The translations under genes and the position numbers were made by a program. A stretch of 34,158 bases of DNA from a virus (Duplodnaviria > Caudoviricetes), in the IMG/VR virus record IMGVR_UViG_3300020044_002209, positions 1 through 34,158 of that record; one strand, written 5' to 3'. The notes under the pieces were generated by a model that was given only the letters and a program-made list of their open reading frames with translations, made no database searches and was not told the DNA's origin. This document shows, piece by piece, positions 1-8,615 of the stretch (positions are counted from its first letter, which is position 1; the number at the start of each line of letters is the position of its first letter).

Positions 1-2
1 AG

Positions 3-143
3 TTGCAAGAATCTAACAAAGCATTAATGGAGGGAATGTTGCTAAACGCTGAAACAATTGTCAGGTTGCGTCGAATGATTCAAACAGAAGTTGGTCTTGA
101 TCGTGCCACACAATTACTTGGGGACAACAATGACTTTGTCTAA
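3..143 (+). CDS. Hypothetical protein, 5'-truncated by the window edge
   Basis: Frame 3 is open from the window start (LQESNKALMEGMLLNAETIVRLRRMIQTEVGLDRATQLLGDNNDFV*) and overlaps the start of the next gene. Confidence 0.6.
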   Translation: MQESNKALMEGMLLNAETIVRLRRMIQTEVGLDRATQLLGDNNDFV

Positions 144-408
144 TTTATACCTAGCTGCTGCTGACAAACTGCGCCACAAGGGTTTGTTGCCAGACTCTCG
201 ACCCGCTACGTTGTCCATGTGTTCGCACGAATTAGGCGGTATTGCCCCAACTGGTGAACGTGCTCTTTTAGAGAAATTCTTAACGCACGTTGAAAAGAAG
301 ATCGACAAGTTTGACAGGCCGGCATACAAGCTATCGCCAGCCATGCGTATAGCCGCTGAGCGAGCCGAACGTGAACAAGTGGTACTCATGGGTGTGGGAG
401 GCTGGTGA
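130..408 (+). CDS. Hypothetical phage protein
   Basis: ORF 91..408; ATG at 130 (MTLSNLY) follows SD-like GGGGAC. Its stop overlaps the next start (GTGA). Confidence 0.7.
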   Translation: MTLSNLYLAAADKLRHKGLLPDSRPATLSMCSHELGGIAPTGERALLEKFLTHVEKKIDKFDRPAYKLSPAMRIAAERAEREQVVLMGVGGW

Positions 409-617
409 TGACGCTATGGGACTGGATGTTTGTGTTTTATGCTGCCGCTGCCGCAACGGTTGGCACACTCGTTTGGTATCGTTGGTCACGCTGCACCAAG
501 TTTCCAAAAGAGTTTGTTTGCGACGGTTGCGGTCAGGTTTGTACAACGTTGCGTGATGGGCTTTGCGTGTACTGCGATAGGCAATTTAAGCCAACATCGC
601 AGAAGCCTTTACCTTAA
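405..617 (+). CDS. Small membrane-anchored protein with CxxC...CxxC zinc-binding motif
   Basis: N-terminal hydrophobic stretch (WMFVFYAAAAATVGTLVWY), then CDGC and CVYC. Start overlaps the upstream stop. Confidence 0.6.
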   Translation: MMTLWDWMFVFYAAAAATVGTLVWYRWSRCTKFPKEFVCDGCGQVCTTLRDGLCVYCDRQFKPTSQKPLP

Positions 618-1098
618 CGTCAGCCACTCGATTTAGCCAACCTTTGCCAAACGTTGCAAAAGTGTTTAAAGACCGATAGAAGTCCTCTTTGGCTTGGCTA
701 AATCGCTCAATTAGCTCAACAGGGTCAACAGCCTGCACAGCTGCCATTGTCATCGGGCCGAACCCACCATCTGGCGTTACCCCAACGGCGGTTTGCAATG
801 TCTTGATCGCTCTGCCTGCGCCAGCGTTGACGGCAAAATCAAACATTAAATAATCAAGACCCATTGGCAGTTCGTCACCACGCACAGCGTCGAAATACTT
901 TTTTTTGTATAAAGGCTCAACCTTTTCCGGTGTAAGCCCACGCATTTCAGCCTCGTCTGACTCACGGCCTACCCAGTTCTCCCAAGTTGCTTTGGTTACG
1001 CCTAAGTTAGTCATGCCGCCTGGATCACTTGGATGGTTTACAAACCCGCCTTCCGACTTCAGCATCAATTTAAAAGAATTGTCCCAATTACTTTGCAT
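586..1098 (-). CDS. Endolysin, glycoside hydrolase family 108 with peptidoglycan-binding domain
   Basis: SEGGFVNHPSDPGGMTNLGVT catalytic motif, FDFAVNAG, DGGFGPMT and C-terminal FGKGWLNR. Confidence 0.93.
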   Translation of the reverse strand: MQSNWDNSFKLMLKSEGGFVNHPSDPGGMTNLGVTKATWENWVGRESDEAEMRGLTPEKVEPLYKKKYFDAVRGDELPMGLDYLMFDFAVNAGAGRAIKTLQTAVGVTPDGGFGPMTMAAVQAVDPVELIERFSQAKEDFYRSLNTFATFGKGWLNRVADVKVKASAMLA

Positions 1099-1300
1099 CG
1101 TCTTTCCCTATTTTTATACCGGCTATCGTGCCAACAAATGCCCCAACAATCATATTAAAGGCTGGGTTAATCAGTTTAAAAATTTCAGCGTTATCAACCA
1201 ACGGGTCGAACAATCCAATCAAGACCACAACCACCGTTGACAGCAGCACGATGGACAACGACACGCAACAGATTATGGTGATGCGGTCAGCAACTGTCAT
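1088..1300 (-). CDS. Small two-TM membrane protein in lysis cassette (holin/antiholin-like)
   Basis: Two hydrophobic helices in 70 aa; lies between holin and endolysin with overlapping ends. Confidence 0.65.
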   Translation of the reverse strand: MTVADRITIICCVSLSIVLLSTVVVVLIGLFDPLVDNAEIFKLINPAFNMIVGAFVGTIAGIKIGKDDAK

Positions 1301-1713
1301 TTGTCGCTCTTATCTGGTGTTTTGCTTTTCATGTCAATGATCTTTTCCAAGGTGCGACCACCAAAGTAAAAACTCATAATCAACATTCCCCATTGACCAA
1401 GCAACTCAACGTACTTGCTGTTGGTTTCAATATCGAACGCTGACAGCATGGCAAACACAAAATAGCCACACAGAATGGCTATAAGGGTCATAGGGCGAAT
1501 GTTTTTGCTTAACCAAGAGTCAGACCTCATGTCGTTTTCTTGACGCTTGGTAAGCTCGCCTTGCTCTTGCATATCGGCTTGCATTTTGGCTAGTTCGCCA
1601 TTTTGCTGCATCTGCATTAACTCTAATTGAGCCTTTGCTTTTTGTTCCGGATCAGGGAAAAACTTGTCTAGCACCTTCATGCCTACGCCAAGAATATCCA
1701 TTAGTGGAAACAT
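1297..1713 (-). CDS. Holin, GTA 3TM-holin-like
   Basis: LDKFFPDPEQKAKAQ, SDSWLSKNIRP, TM helices and FYFGGRTLEK signature. Confidence 0.85.
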   Translation of the reverse strand: MFPLMDILGVGMKVLDKFFPDPEQKAKAQLELMQMQQNGELAKMQADMQEQGELTKRQENDMRSDSWLSKNIRPMTLIAILCGYFVFAMLSAFDIETNSKYVELLGQWGMLIMSFYFGGRTLEKIIDMKSKTPDKSDK

Positions 1714-1967
1714 TATTTGTCTACCTTTGATTCAAGTTTGTCAAAGAGTCGATCTAGCAACATTTCAACACGATCAAAACGCTTGTCCATTTCTGATTTG
1801 AGCGTGTCCATTTCTGACTTTTTAACGTAAGCATCGCTTACATGAAGTTTGAGAGCAGCAATGTCGGATTTCAATTCTTTAACGGAATCCCATAATTGGC
1901 GAGCAAACCAACCTACAACGCCTAAACCAGCGCCAGCAGCTATGTTGATAAGATTTTGCCAATCCAT
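1713..1967 (-). CDS. Single-TM coiled-coil protein in lysis region
   Basis: Start MDWQNL at 1967 after SD GAGGGG; N-terminal TM followed by heptad-rich C-terminus. Confidence 0.75.
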   Translation of the reverse strand: MDWQNLINIAAGAGLGVVGWFARQLWDSVKELKSDIAALKLHVSDAYVKKSEMDTLKSEMDKRFDRVEMLLDRLFDKLESKVDK

Positions 1968-1969
1968 TG

Positions 1970-2380
1970 CTACGCCCCTCGTGTTGGCGCAAGCACCCAT
2001 GAAAGAGTAGATTCATCCCAAATGTAATCTTGACCGTCCGTAGGATAAGGCACAGGCGCTTCCCACAAATACGTTTGTGTACTTAAAATCCATGACGGAT
2101 AGGGTTGTGGGCCATAAAACACGCCAATCACGCCATCTTGAATAACCGTTGTATCAAGCGTGTACCCAATTCCTGCATAATTTGCACGCAAAGCTACGCC
2201 GCCATCTGGTTGTCCGTCTTGACCATAATGAACATTGCCATGCGTGTTGTACGAGGTTTGCCACCAATAACTTGGATAGCCAACTGCGCCTGAATCAATA
2301 AATGCTTGATCGGCACTAATCACATCGTCAACAAGACCTTTGCCGTTTGTAATTGTTGGTACTCTTGCAAAATAACTCAT
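1970..2380 (-). CDS. Tail-fibre-associated protein (chaperone/assembly-like)
   Basis: Start MSYFARV at 2380. Motifs WWQTSYNT, RANYAGIGYT and PQPYPSW..WEAPVPYP..YIWDE are typical of genes following Gly-rich fibres. Confidence 0.7.
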   Translation of the reverse strand: MSYFARVPTITNGKGLVDDVISADQAFIDSGAVGYPSYWWQTSYNTHGNVHYGQDGQPDGGVALRANYAGIGYTLDTTVIQDGVIGVFYGPQPYPSWILSTQTYLWEAPVPYPTDGQDYIWDESTLSWVLAPTRGA

Positions 2381-2390
2381 GTTTATCCTA

Positions 2391-3947
2391 TCAAGCGTTG
2401 TAGGTTGATGAACTTGTAAAAGTATGGATAGTGTAGCCACCGGAAGAAGTCACAGTACCGCCCGTTCCACGCTGACTGCCCAAGTAACTGATAATTACTA
2501 CACCAGCACCGCCTGCGCCACCGTCGTAGCTGTTGCCAACCGAGCTAGATGCACCGCCGCCGCCACCACCAAGATTGGCTGTGCCTGCAACGCCTGTTCC
2601 ACCAGTAGATGTACCACCAGCACCACCGCCGCCTGCGCCGCCTGATCCTGTTGTACCACCGTTATAAGTGCCTGCACCGCCACCGCCTGCATACGTTACT
2701 GATGCGCCGCTAATCGCATTAGCTGATCCTGCGCCACCCGCACCGCCTGCGCTACCAGATCCATTTACACCAACAGCAGATGCACCGCCACCACCACCGC
2801 CGCCAAAGTTACTGCCGGCTGTCGAGCCTGTACCGCCTGCAAAACCTTGACCTGAAACCCCGCTGCCAGGCGTTGGGTAATAGTTACTTCCACCGCCACC
2901 CGAACCGCCAGATGCTGCCGCAGAAGTTGAGTTGGCGCTAACACTTGAAGTAGAGCCGCCACCACCACCACTTGCCGTTGCAATTGTGGCAATACTTGAA
3001 GTGCTACCGTTTGAGCCTGCCGCAACGCCTGAAGATAAGCCGCCTGCACCACCCGCACCAATTGTGATTGTGTATGCAGTACCTGAAGTCAACGATGCCG
3101 TAGAGGATAACAAACCACCCGCACCACCACCACCGCCGCCAGCACTTGCCGCAGCTGCTGCACCACCACCTGCGCCACCCGCAACAACAAGGTAACTAAT
3201 CGTATAACCAGAGTTTTGACTAAAAGTTAACCATGCTGAACTTGATGCGTCATACCACTCAGGGTTTCCGGTTGTCGAATTTAAACGAATCAAACCTTGT
3301 GCGCCAGTTGGTCGTTGTCCAGTTGTTCCAACAGGCATTTTCCATGCGCCAGTACCTGAACTAGTCATTTGAACGCCAGCGCCTGACAACGTTAAAACAC
3401 CAGTAATTGTCAGATTTGCAAATGTTGTAGCAGATACTCCAACCACTTGAAATTGCGTACCGTCGTAAACAATGACGTACAAATAATTTGCAGTTAAATC
3501 ACTTGCAACTAACGCCGTTGTGCCATTTTTTGTAATAGCTTTTGCACCTAACGAACTAATGTTAATTGTGACCGCACCTGTGTTTGTGTTGGATGCAAGA
3601 AATGCAAACATCTGACCTGTTGCGTAAGCAGTCAATGCTGGGCTAACAGTTGCTGTAATTGTGTCCGTTCCTGATACTGTTAAGAACGAGCCAAACGAGT
3701 TTTGTACTTGTGCAATATTTGCAGAGTCCGTTGCTGCCGATCCTGCGCCCATTCCTGTGAACTTAAAAGTTCCCATTGGAAGATTAGCTGTCGGTGTCGT
3801 TTGACCATCTTTGGTCATAGCAGTTGATAGGCCGGTAGCCAAGTCAGCAGTCAACGCATTGAACGCTGTCGAACTAATAACTGTGCCGGTAACAACTGGC
3901 TGACCAGTTGAGTTGATGACAAATGTGCCGCTGCCGTTATAACTCAT
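2391..3947 (-). CDS. Tail fibre protein with C-terminal glycine-rich domain
   Basis: N-terminal MSYNGSGTF..DLATGLSTAMTKDGQT virion-anchoring segment; C-terminal YLVVAGGAGGG...GGAGVVIISY polyglycine domain. Confidence 0.85.
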   Translation of the reverse strand: MSYNGSGTFVINSTGQPVVTGTVISSTAFNALTADLATGLSTAMTKDGQTTPTANLPMGTFKFTGMGAGSAATDSANIAQVQNSFGSFLTVSGTDTITATVSPALTAYATGQMFAFLASNTNTGAVTINISSLGAKAITKNGTTALVASDLTANYLYVIVYDGTQFQVVGVSATTFANLTITGVLTLSGAGVQMTSSGTGAWKMPVGTTGQRPTGAQGLIRLNSTTGNPEWYDASSSAWLTFSQNSGYTISYLVVAGGAGGGAAAAASAGGGGGGAGGLLSSTASLTSGTAYTITIGAGGAGGLSSGVAAGSNGSTSSIATIATASGGGGGSTSSVSANSTSAAASGGSGGGGSNYYPTPGSGVSGQGFAGGTGSTAGSNFGGGGGGGASAVGVNGSGSAGGAGGAGSANAISGASVTYAGGGGAGTYNGGTTGSGGAGGGGAGGTSTGGTGVAGTANLGGGGGGASSSVGNSYDGGAGGAGVVIISYLGSQRGTGGTVTSSGGYTIHTFTSSSTYNA

Positions 3948-3957
3948 TAATTGCCTC

Positions 3958-6723
3958 TTACTCAGTTAATTGTTTGAATCGTTGCCCTAATTGTTGCATT
4001 AAATCAGGGTTTTGCAACAAACTGCCATAACGCAAACCAGTTGTAACTTTTTCACCCAATTCCATGCCAGGCACTCTAGTTGCAAGAGCGTTTGCCATAT
4101 TTAACGCTTCTTTTTGATCCATTTGACTTATTTGACTGCCAAAAACTTTTTTAGCGCCTGCTTTTATAAGAGGTACGGCAGCTGTTGCCCCTACAGCCGT
4201 TCCAACAAATGGCAAACCACCTAAAGCACCTAACGCATCTATTCCTGCGCCCAACACTAAAGCACCGCTGTTGCTATTATTGACAGCAGAGCCTTTAGGC
4301 TGCGTTGTCATGTAACTTGCTACACGACCCAAACGCTTTAATTCGCCAATTTCTTCAGGGGTAAAGAACAAAGCTAATTTTCTATCGCCAATGTTATCTA
4401 ACGCAGAATTAAAACTTTTAGCGCCAAAAGAACCAATTTCATCCGATTGACCACCTAAAGCCTTAGATTTTAAATGGGTTAAAATAGCGTTTTTAGTAGC
4501 AACAGGATCGCCTGATTTAGCAATAGCAGCGGCATCATCTAAAGTACCGCTTAAAACAAATCGTTTAACAAAATTATCAGGTTGCATACCGCTTACTGCG
4601 GCCTCAATTGGCGCTGATGATTCTTGCCATGTCATGCGTTCACGATGTGATGCCCGTGCTTTATTTAAAGCATCTAACAATTCTTTGGGTTGAGCATCTT
4701 TTCCTGTCAAATACGCAGCACCAGCCTCAGTAACAACTTGACCGCCGCCAAATTCAGTTTTAATTGGTTTAATTTCTGTTTGGTCAATGGCATCTCTAAC
4801 AACTTTCAACGCTGCCTTGATGTTGCCATCGTTTGTAGATCGTTGCGCCGTTGCAATTGTAGTCATTAAATTGTCTAAAGCGTTTACATCAAATGGGACT
4901 GGATACTTTACGCCTTCAATTGTTGTTTCGCCCTTAGAAATGCTATTAATCATTGTTCGTACTTCAGCAGGCAAAAATGCGTTTTTATTTGCTTTAACTA
5001 ACGCCGCATCAATATTTTGAACTAATTCGTTGCGGTTTAATGGTAGTTGACCGCCTGGCATTCCTTCTGCTTGTTTGTACAAACTACTTGTAGCCGCTTG
5101 TCTTGCAGCGTCAGCCGCAGAAATATTGCCAATATTTGCTTGGCCTGCTGCAAATAAATCTGTTTTGCCTGCGCCACGTTGATTTAATGCGTTAATAAGA
5201 GCTTGATTGTTGGTGTTTTGAATTTGCGCTAATTGTTGCAAATCTGTATTTGTTGAATTAATGCCTGTTTTTGCAAGATTTTGTTCAAGCGTAACTTGGC
5301 GAGGATCAAGCGTAATCATGCCTTTTGTTGGCGTAGCGCCTTCAATCATCCGAATATCAAACAATCTACGCATTGCATCTTCATCAAATTTACCACCAGT
5401 ACGCAAAGCATTGCCAACGTCATTGCGTAATGCTGTTTTTATTTGATCTGGAACTTTTGAAAAATCAAAACCTGACCGACCAAGTGACGAGGTAATTAAT
5501 TCATCAATTTGTTCTGGTTGCACACCAAAACGTGTTGGTGCAACTTTACTTCCCGCTGCGGTAACTGCTGATCTTATGCCGCTTTGAATGGGCGCAGCAG
5601 CAATTGGTGCGGCAACACCACCAAGAATACTTGCAAGCAATTCCACTTCAGGTGGTGAGCCATATTCCCTTGCAACACTACCGCCAGCGCCAGCGCCTGC
5701 TGCGGAAATCCCTTGCATTGCTGGGTTTGCAGCCAGTTGTTGCAAAATTGTTTGTGCATTGCCACCCGTATATGGTGCTAACAATTTAGCCCCGCCCATC
5801 ATTGGGATGGCGCTAAATCCTGTTTTTGCAACGTCAAAACCAAATCTTTCTGCTTGACCTGTACGATCCATTACAGACTTTTCAACAGGCTTTGGCAATT
5901 GCAATAAGTTAGCAAGTTTCCCCGCCATTGTTTCAGCAGACGCAACCCTTGGCCCACCCGCTGCGGTGCTTGCCGCTTCTATTGCCATACGCCAAGGTTC
6001 TGTTGGCGCTGACAACGCAGAACCAACGCCTTCAATTGCTGCTCGACCTGTCAACCCCAACATTCTTGGAATGGCTTGTATATTGCCCATTACCGACGAT
6101 GTTTGTGGTGTTAAAGCTGGCGGTGCAACATACGGCTCAGATTTTGGTAAAGCAAATTCTGTGTTTAAAGTATCAAACGGATTTGCTTGTTGCGTAGGTT
6201 CAGGCACACCAAGTCTAAATTCTTCGTTTAATGACGCAAAAGGATTATTGCTCATAGTAGGTGGGTTCGCATCTGAATTTGTAGCGCCGGCTAAAAACCC
6301 CATAGCTTTTGGACGGTTTCTAAAACTTTGCGCCGTATCAATAAGAGAATTAACGTATTCAGGATGTTCTGCATAACCACCTTGTTTTAAGGCCGTTGCG
6401 AACTTAACTGGATCACTTCCTGAACCAACAACGCTTGGGTATCTGCGTCTAATTAAATCAACAAAATGCTCACCGAACGCCTCTGGGGTTTCAAACGCTC
6501 GATATTTGTCGGTGCGGCCTGTGTAGTTATCAACAGCAGCTACACCGCCACCAGAGAAATCCATAATGTTGCCAAGATTGTTTGTGCCAGGGATTACTGA
6601 TTTACCCCAGCCTGTTTCCAATCCCCATTGACTTAACAGAAGATCAGGACTAACGCCCAATTGATCGCCAACCCTTGTTGCCAAAGGTGCATATTGCGAG
6701 GCAAAATCTTCTGGGTTAGCCAT
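3958..6723 (-). CDS. Large ejection/internal virion protein with N-terminal GH73 (FlgJ-like) muralytic domain
   Basis: SQWGLETGWG, NNLGNI, YRAFET and GGYAEHPEY match the glucosaminidase fold; Ala/Gly-rich helical remainder; located after tail genes. Confidence 0.8.
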   Translation of the reverse strand: MANPEDFASQYAPLATRVGDQLGVSPDLLLSQWGLETGWGKSVIPGTNNLGNIMDFSGGGVAAVDNYTGRTDKYRAFETPEAFGEHFVDLIRRRYPSVVGSGSDPVKFATALKQGGYAEHPEYVNSLIDTAQSFRNRPKAMGFLAGATNSDANPPTMSNNPFASLNEEFRLGVPEPTQQANPFDTLNTEFALPKSEPYVAPPALTPQTSSVMGNIQAIPRMLGLTGRAAIEGVGSALSAPTEPWRMAIEAASTAAGGPRVASAETMAGKLANLLQLPKPVEKSVMDRTGQAERFGFDVAKTGFSAIPMMGGAKLLAPYTGGNAQTILQQLAANPAMQGISAAGAGAGGSVAREYGSPPEVELLASILGGVAAPIAAAPIQSGIRSAVTAAGSKVAPTRFGVQPEQIDELITSSLGRSGFDFSKVPDQIKTALRNDVGNALRTGGKFDEDAMRRLFDIRMIEGATPTKGMITLDPRQVTLEQNLAKTGINSTNTDLQQLAQIQNTNNQALINALNQRGAGKTDLFAAGQANIGNISAADAARQAATSSLYKQAEGMPGGQLPLNRNELVQNIDAALVKANKNAFLPAEVRTMINSISKGETTIEGVKYPVPFDVNALDNLMTTIATAQRSTNDGNIKAALKVVRDAIDQTEIKPIKTEFGGGQVVTEAGAAYLTGKDAQPKELLDALNKARASHRERMTWQESSAPIEAAVSGMQPDNFVKRFVLSGTLDDAAAIAKSGDPVATKNAILTHLKSKALGGQSDEIGSFGAKSFNSALDNIGDRKLALFFTPEEIGELKRLGRVASYMTTQPKGSAVNNSNSGALVLGAGIDALGALGGLPFVGTAVGATAAVPLIKAGAKKVFGSQISQMDQKEALNMANALATRVPGMELGEKVTTGLRYGSLLQNPDLMQQLGQRFKQLTE

Positions 6724-8312
6724 TATTTAATCCCGTACTTTTGACGCATCGTAATAGGTTTGCCATCAGCTGATCTACCAATCGGCATATCAAATATTGA
6801 ACCTTCAATTTTTGACCATTCGGTGCTGATTGATCCAAGTTTGCCTTTGTGGACTTCAGGCATATTTGACGCTTTTTGGAAATACCCTGATTTGCGTTGA
6901 TCTTGTAATGCCATAGCTTGTGCAAGATCAAGCGTAAAGTCTTTAGCTTGTGGTGTATCTGAAAGCGTAACAAACGTTTCACGACCTGTGAGAGCGTCAC
7001 GTTCTGTTTGCGGCCCTTTCTGTGATGCCAAACGATCAAGCAACGCTTTTGATCCTTCTTTTTGAAAGATTTGAGCATTTGTTGCAAACTTTTCAGCGTC
7101 TTTTACACCAGCAGCGGCAAGCATATTGGCAATATTAGCTTTGGTTTCTGCACCAAACCCAGTTTGCAGATCGGTGTTTCGCAATACAGCCACGCTATCA
7201 AGCGTTTTTTGTGCTGTTTGACCTTGCAAGAAAACTGGTGCTGCTACGTTTTTACGCCAATCTTCATTTAAACCAATGTCAGCAGCTTGCATAACAGGGC
7301 TTTCTTTAGTTACTACTGGCGTTGTTTTTGGGGTTTGACCTGTTGGCATACCCATTGCAGGCAATCCCATGTTTGCCGCTTGAGTTGTTGCAATTGTTCG
7401 ACCTGTGTTGACATCGATGGCTTCGGCTGGTGTTGTTTGCGCTCTACCAGTACCTTTACCAAATTCTTCCATTTGATTAATACCTGCAACTGTTGGGCCG
7501 TAACCCTCAACCGGACTAGCGACTGCGCCAGTAGGTGTAATTGCCATTTGTACGCCACCTTTTGGTGCAATGTATGATGGCATTGATGAACCCGCAGGGA
7601 TTAATGCACCACCTTCCGCAACTGTTGTTGGCGCAACATAGCCGCCTTTAAATACAACATTAGCCATTGCCCTTTGGTATTCTGGACTGCCTTTCCCATA
7701 AATTGCTTCAATGTTTTTCATATCAGACGTTGGTTCAAGCTGCTTAACCAACGCTTTTAAATATTCTTGTTGACCCATATTTCGCACTAGCATTGCATTA
7801 ACCCGTGGGTCGCTGTGCAACATTGGCATTGTTTGTGGCGTTGTTTGTGCAGCTTGTGGCGCTTGAGCCATGCCAGGCATACTAATTGGCATAGCTTGAG
7901 CAACAGGTTCTGCCGGCTGTGGCGCTGGTGGTGGCCCTTCACCATAATTAGTATTTGCAATTGGCTGTTGCTCTAATACTTTAGCTAACTTTTGTGGCCC
8001 TGCCATTGGCGGCAAATTGCTTAATGCAAGTTCTTGATTGCCAGCTTTAAGCGCCAAGTCTTGCCGAGCTTGATCTGCGCTATCCATTTGCTGCCCTGCA
8101 AAATAACCTTGCAAAATTTTAGCGATACCAGATAACGGAGAAATAGGCGCTTGAATACCTTGGTATCCACCAACTTCAATTGGTTGCAACGCTTGTTGTT
8201 GCAAAATTTGCGCCATTTGCTCACGTCGAGCAATTGAACGGTAATCCTCATCGTACGGCCCTGGCGCTCTATACGTTTGAGCAGTTGGTACATTAGGGAA
8301 AAGAGTTGCCAT
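6723..8312 (-). CDS. DNA ejection/transfer protein
   Basis: 529 aa, Gln/Ala/Pro-rich, in the podoviral ejectosome position; TAATG coupling to the next gene. Confidence 0.7.
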   Translation of the reverse strand: MATLFPNVPTAQTYRAPGPYDEDYRSIARREQMAQILQQQALQPIEVGGYQGIQAPISPLSGIAKILQGYFAGQQMDSADQARQDLALKAGNQELALSNLPPMAGPQKLAKVLEQQPIANTNYGEGPPPAPQPAEPVAQAMPISMPGMAQAPQAAQTTPQTMPMLHSDPRVNAMLVRNMGQQEYLKALVKQLEPTSDMKNIEAIYGKGSPEYQRAMANVVFKGGYVAPTTVAEGGALIPAGSSMPSYIAPKGGVQMAITPTGAVASPVEGYGPTVAGINQMEEFGKGTGRAQTTPAEAIDVNTGRTIATTQAANMGLPAMGMPTGQTPKTTPVVTKESPVMQAADIGLNEDWRKNVAAPVFLQGQTAQKTLDSVAVLRNTDLQTGFGAETKANIANMLAAAGVKDAEKFATNAQIFQKEGSKALLDRLASQKGPQTERDALTGRETFVTLSDTPQAKDFTLDLAQAMALQDQRKSGYFQKASNMPEVHKGKLGSISTEWSKIEGSIFDMPIGRSADGKPITMRQKYGIK

Positions 8313-8315
8313 GAT

Positions 8316-8615
8316 TTACCCCGTGTAATTGTTTGCAGTTACGTCTGGCCCAACAGCGTTGCCACGATCAAACATACCGCCGGTCTGAGCTTGACCAAGT
8401 TTCATCCGAGCCATGTAATCTTGCATATCTTGCATTTGATTTCGTTGGCTTGCTTGTTGATACATTTTCATTGCGTCTTGAACGCCGCCAAACGGGTTTT
8501 GAGCCTGTGGCATTTGCTGTTGCATATCACCTTGCAACTGAGTCGGTTGGGCTTGCTGTTGCAGCATCTGCGCCATTTTCTGTTGCGGTGTCATGTTGAC
8601 GTATTGGTTTAGCAT
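8316..8615 (-). CDS. Small Gln/Met-rich virion-associated protein
   Basis: ORF tiles the operon with a TAATG overlap; low-complexity Q/M composition. Confidence 0.7.
   Translation of the reverse strand: MLNQYVNMTPQQKMAQMLQQQAQPTQLQGDMQQQMPQAQNPFGGVQDAMKMYQQASQRNQMQDMQDYMARMKLGQAQTGGMFDRGNAVGPDVTANNYTG

Noticed and set aside
2424-3195. Pro-rich plus-strand ORFs and CCG/CCA repeats (also 17871-18433)
   Set aside because: Antisense shadows of polyglycine codons; not independent genes, CRISPR arrays or microsatellites.
2391-3210. Possible diversity-generating retroelement TR/VR pair between the two Gly-rich genes
   Set aside because: No reverse transcriptase in the window; similarity is protein-level, and differences are not adenine-specific over a long near-identical repeat.
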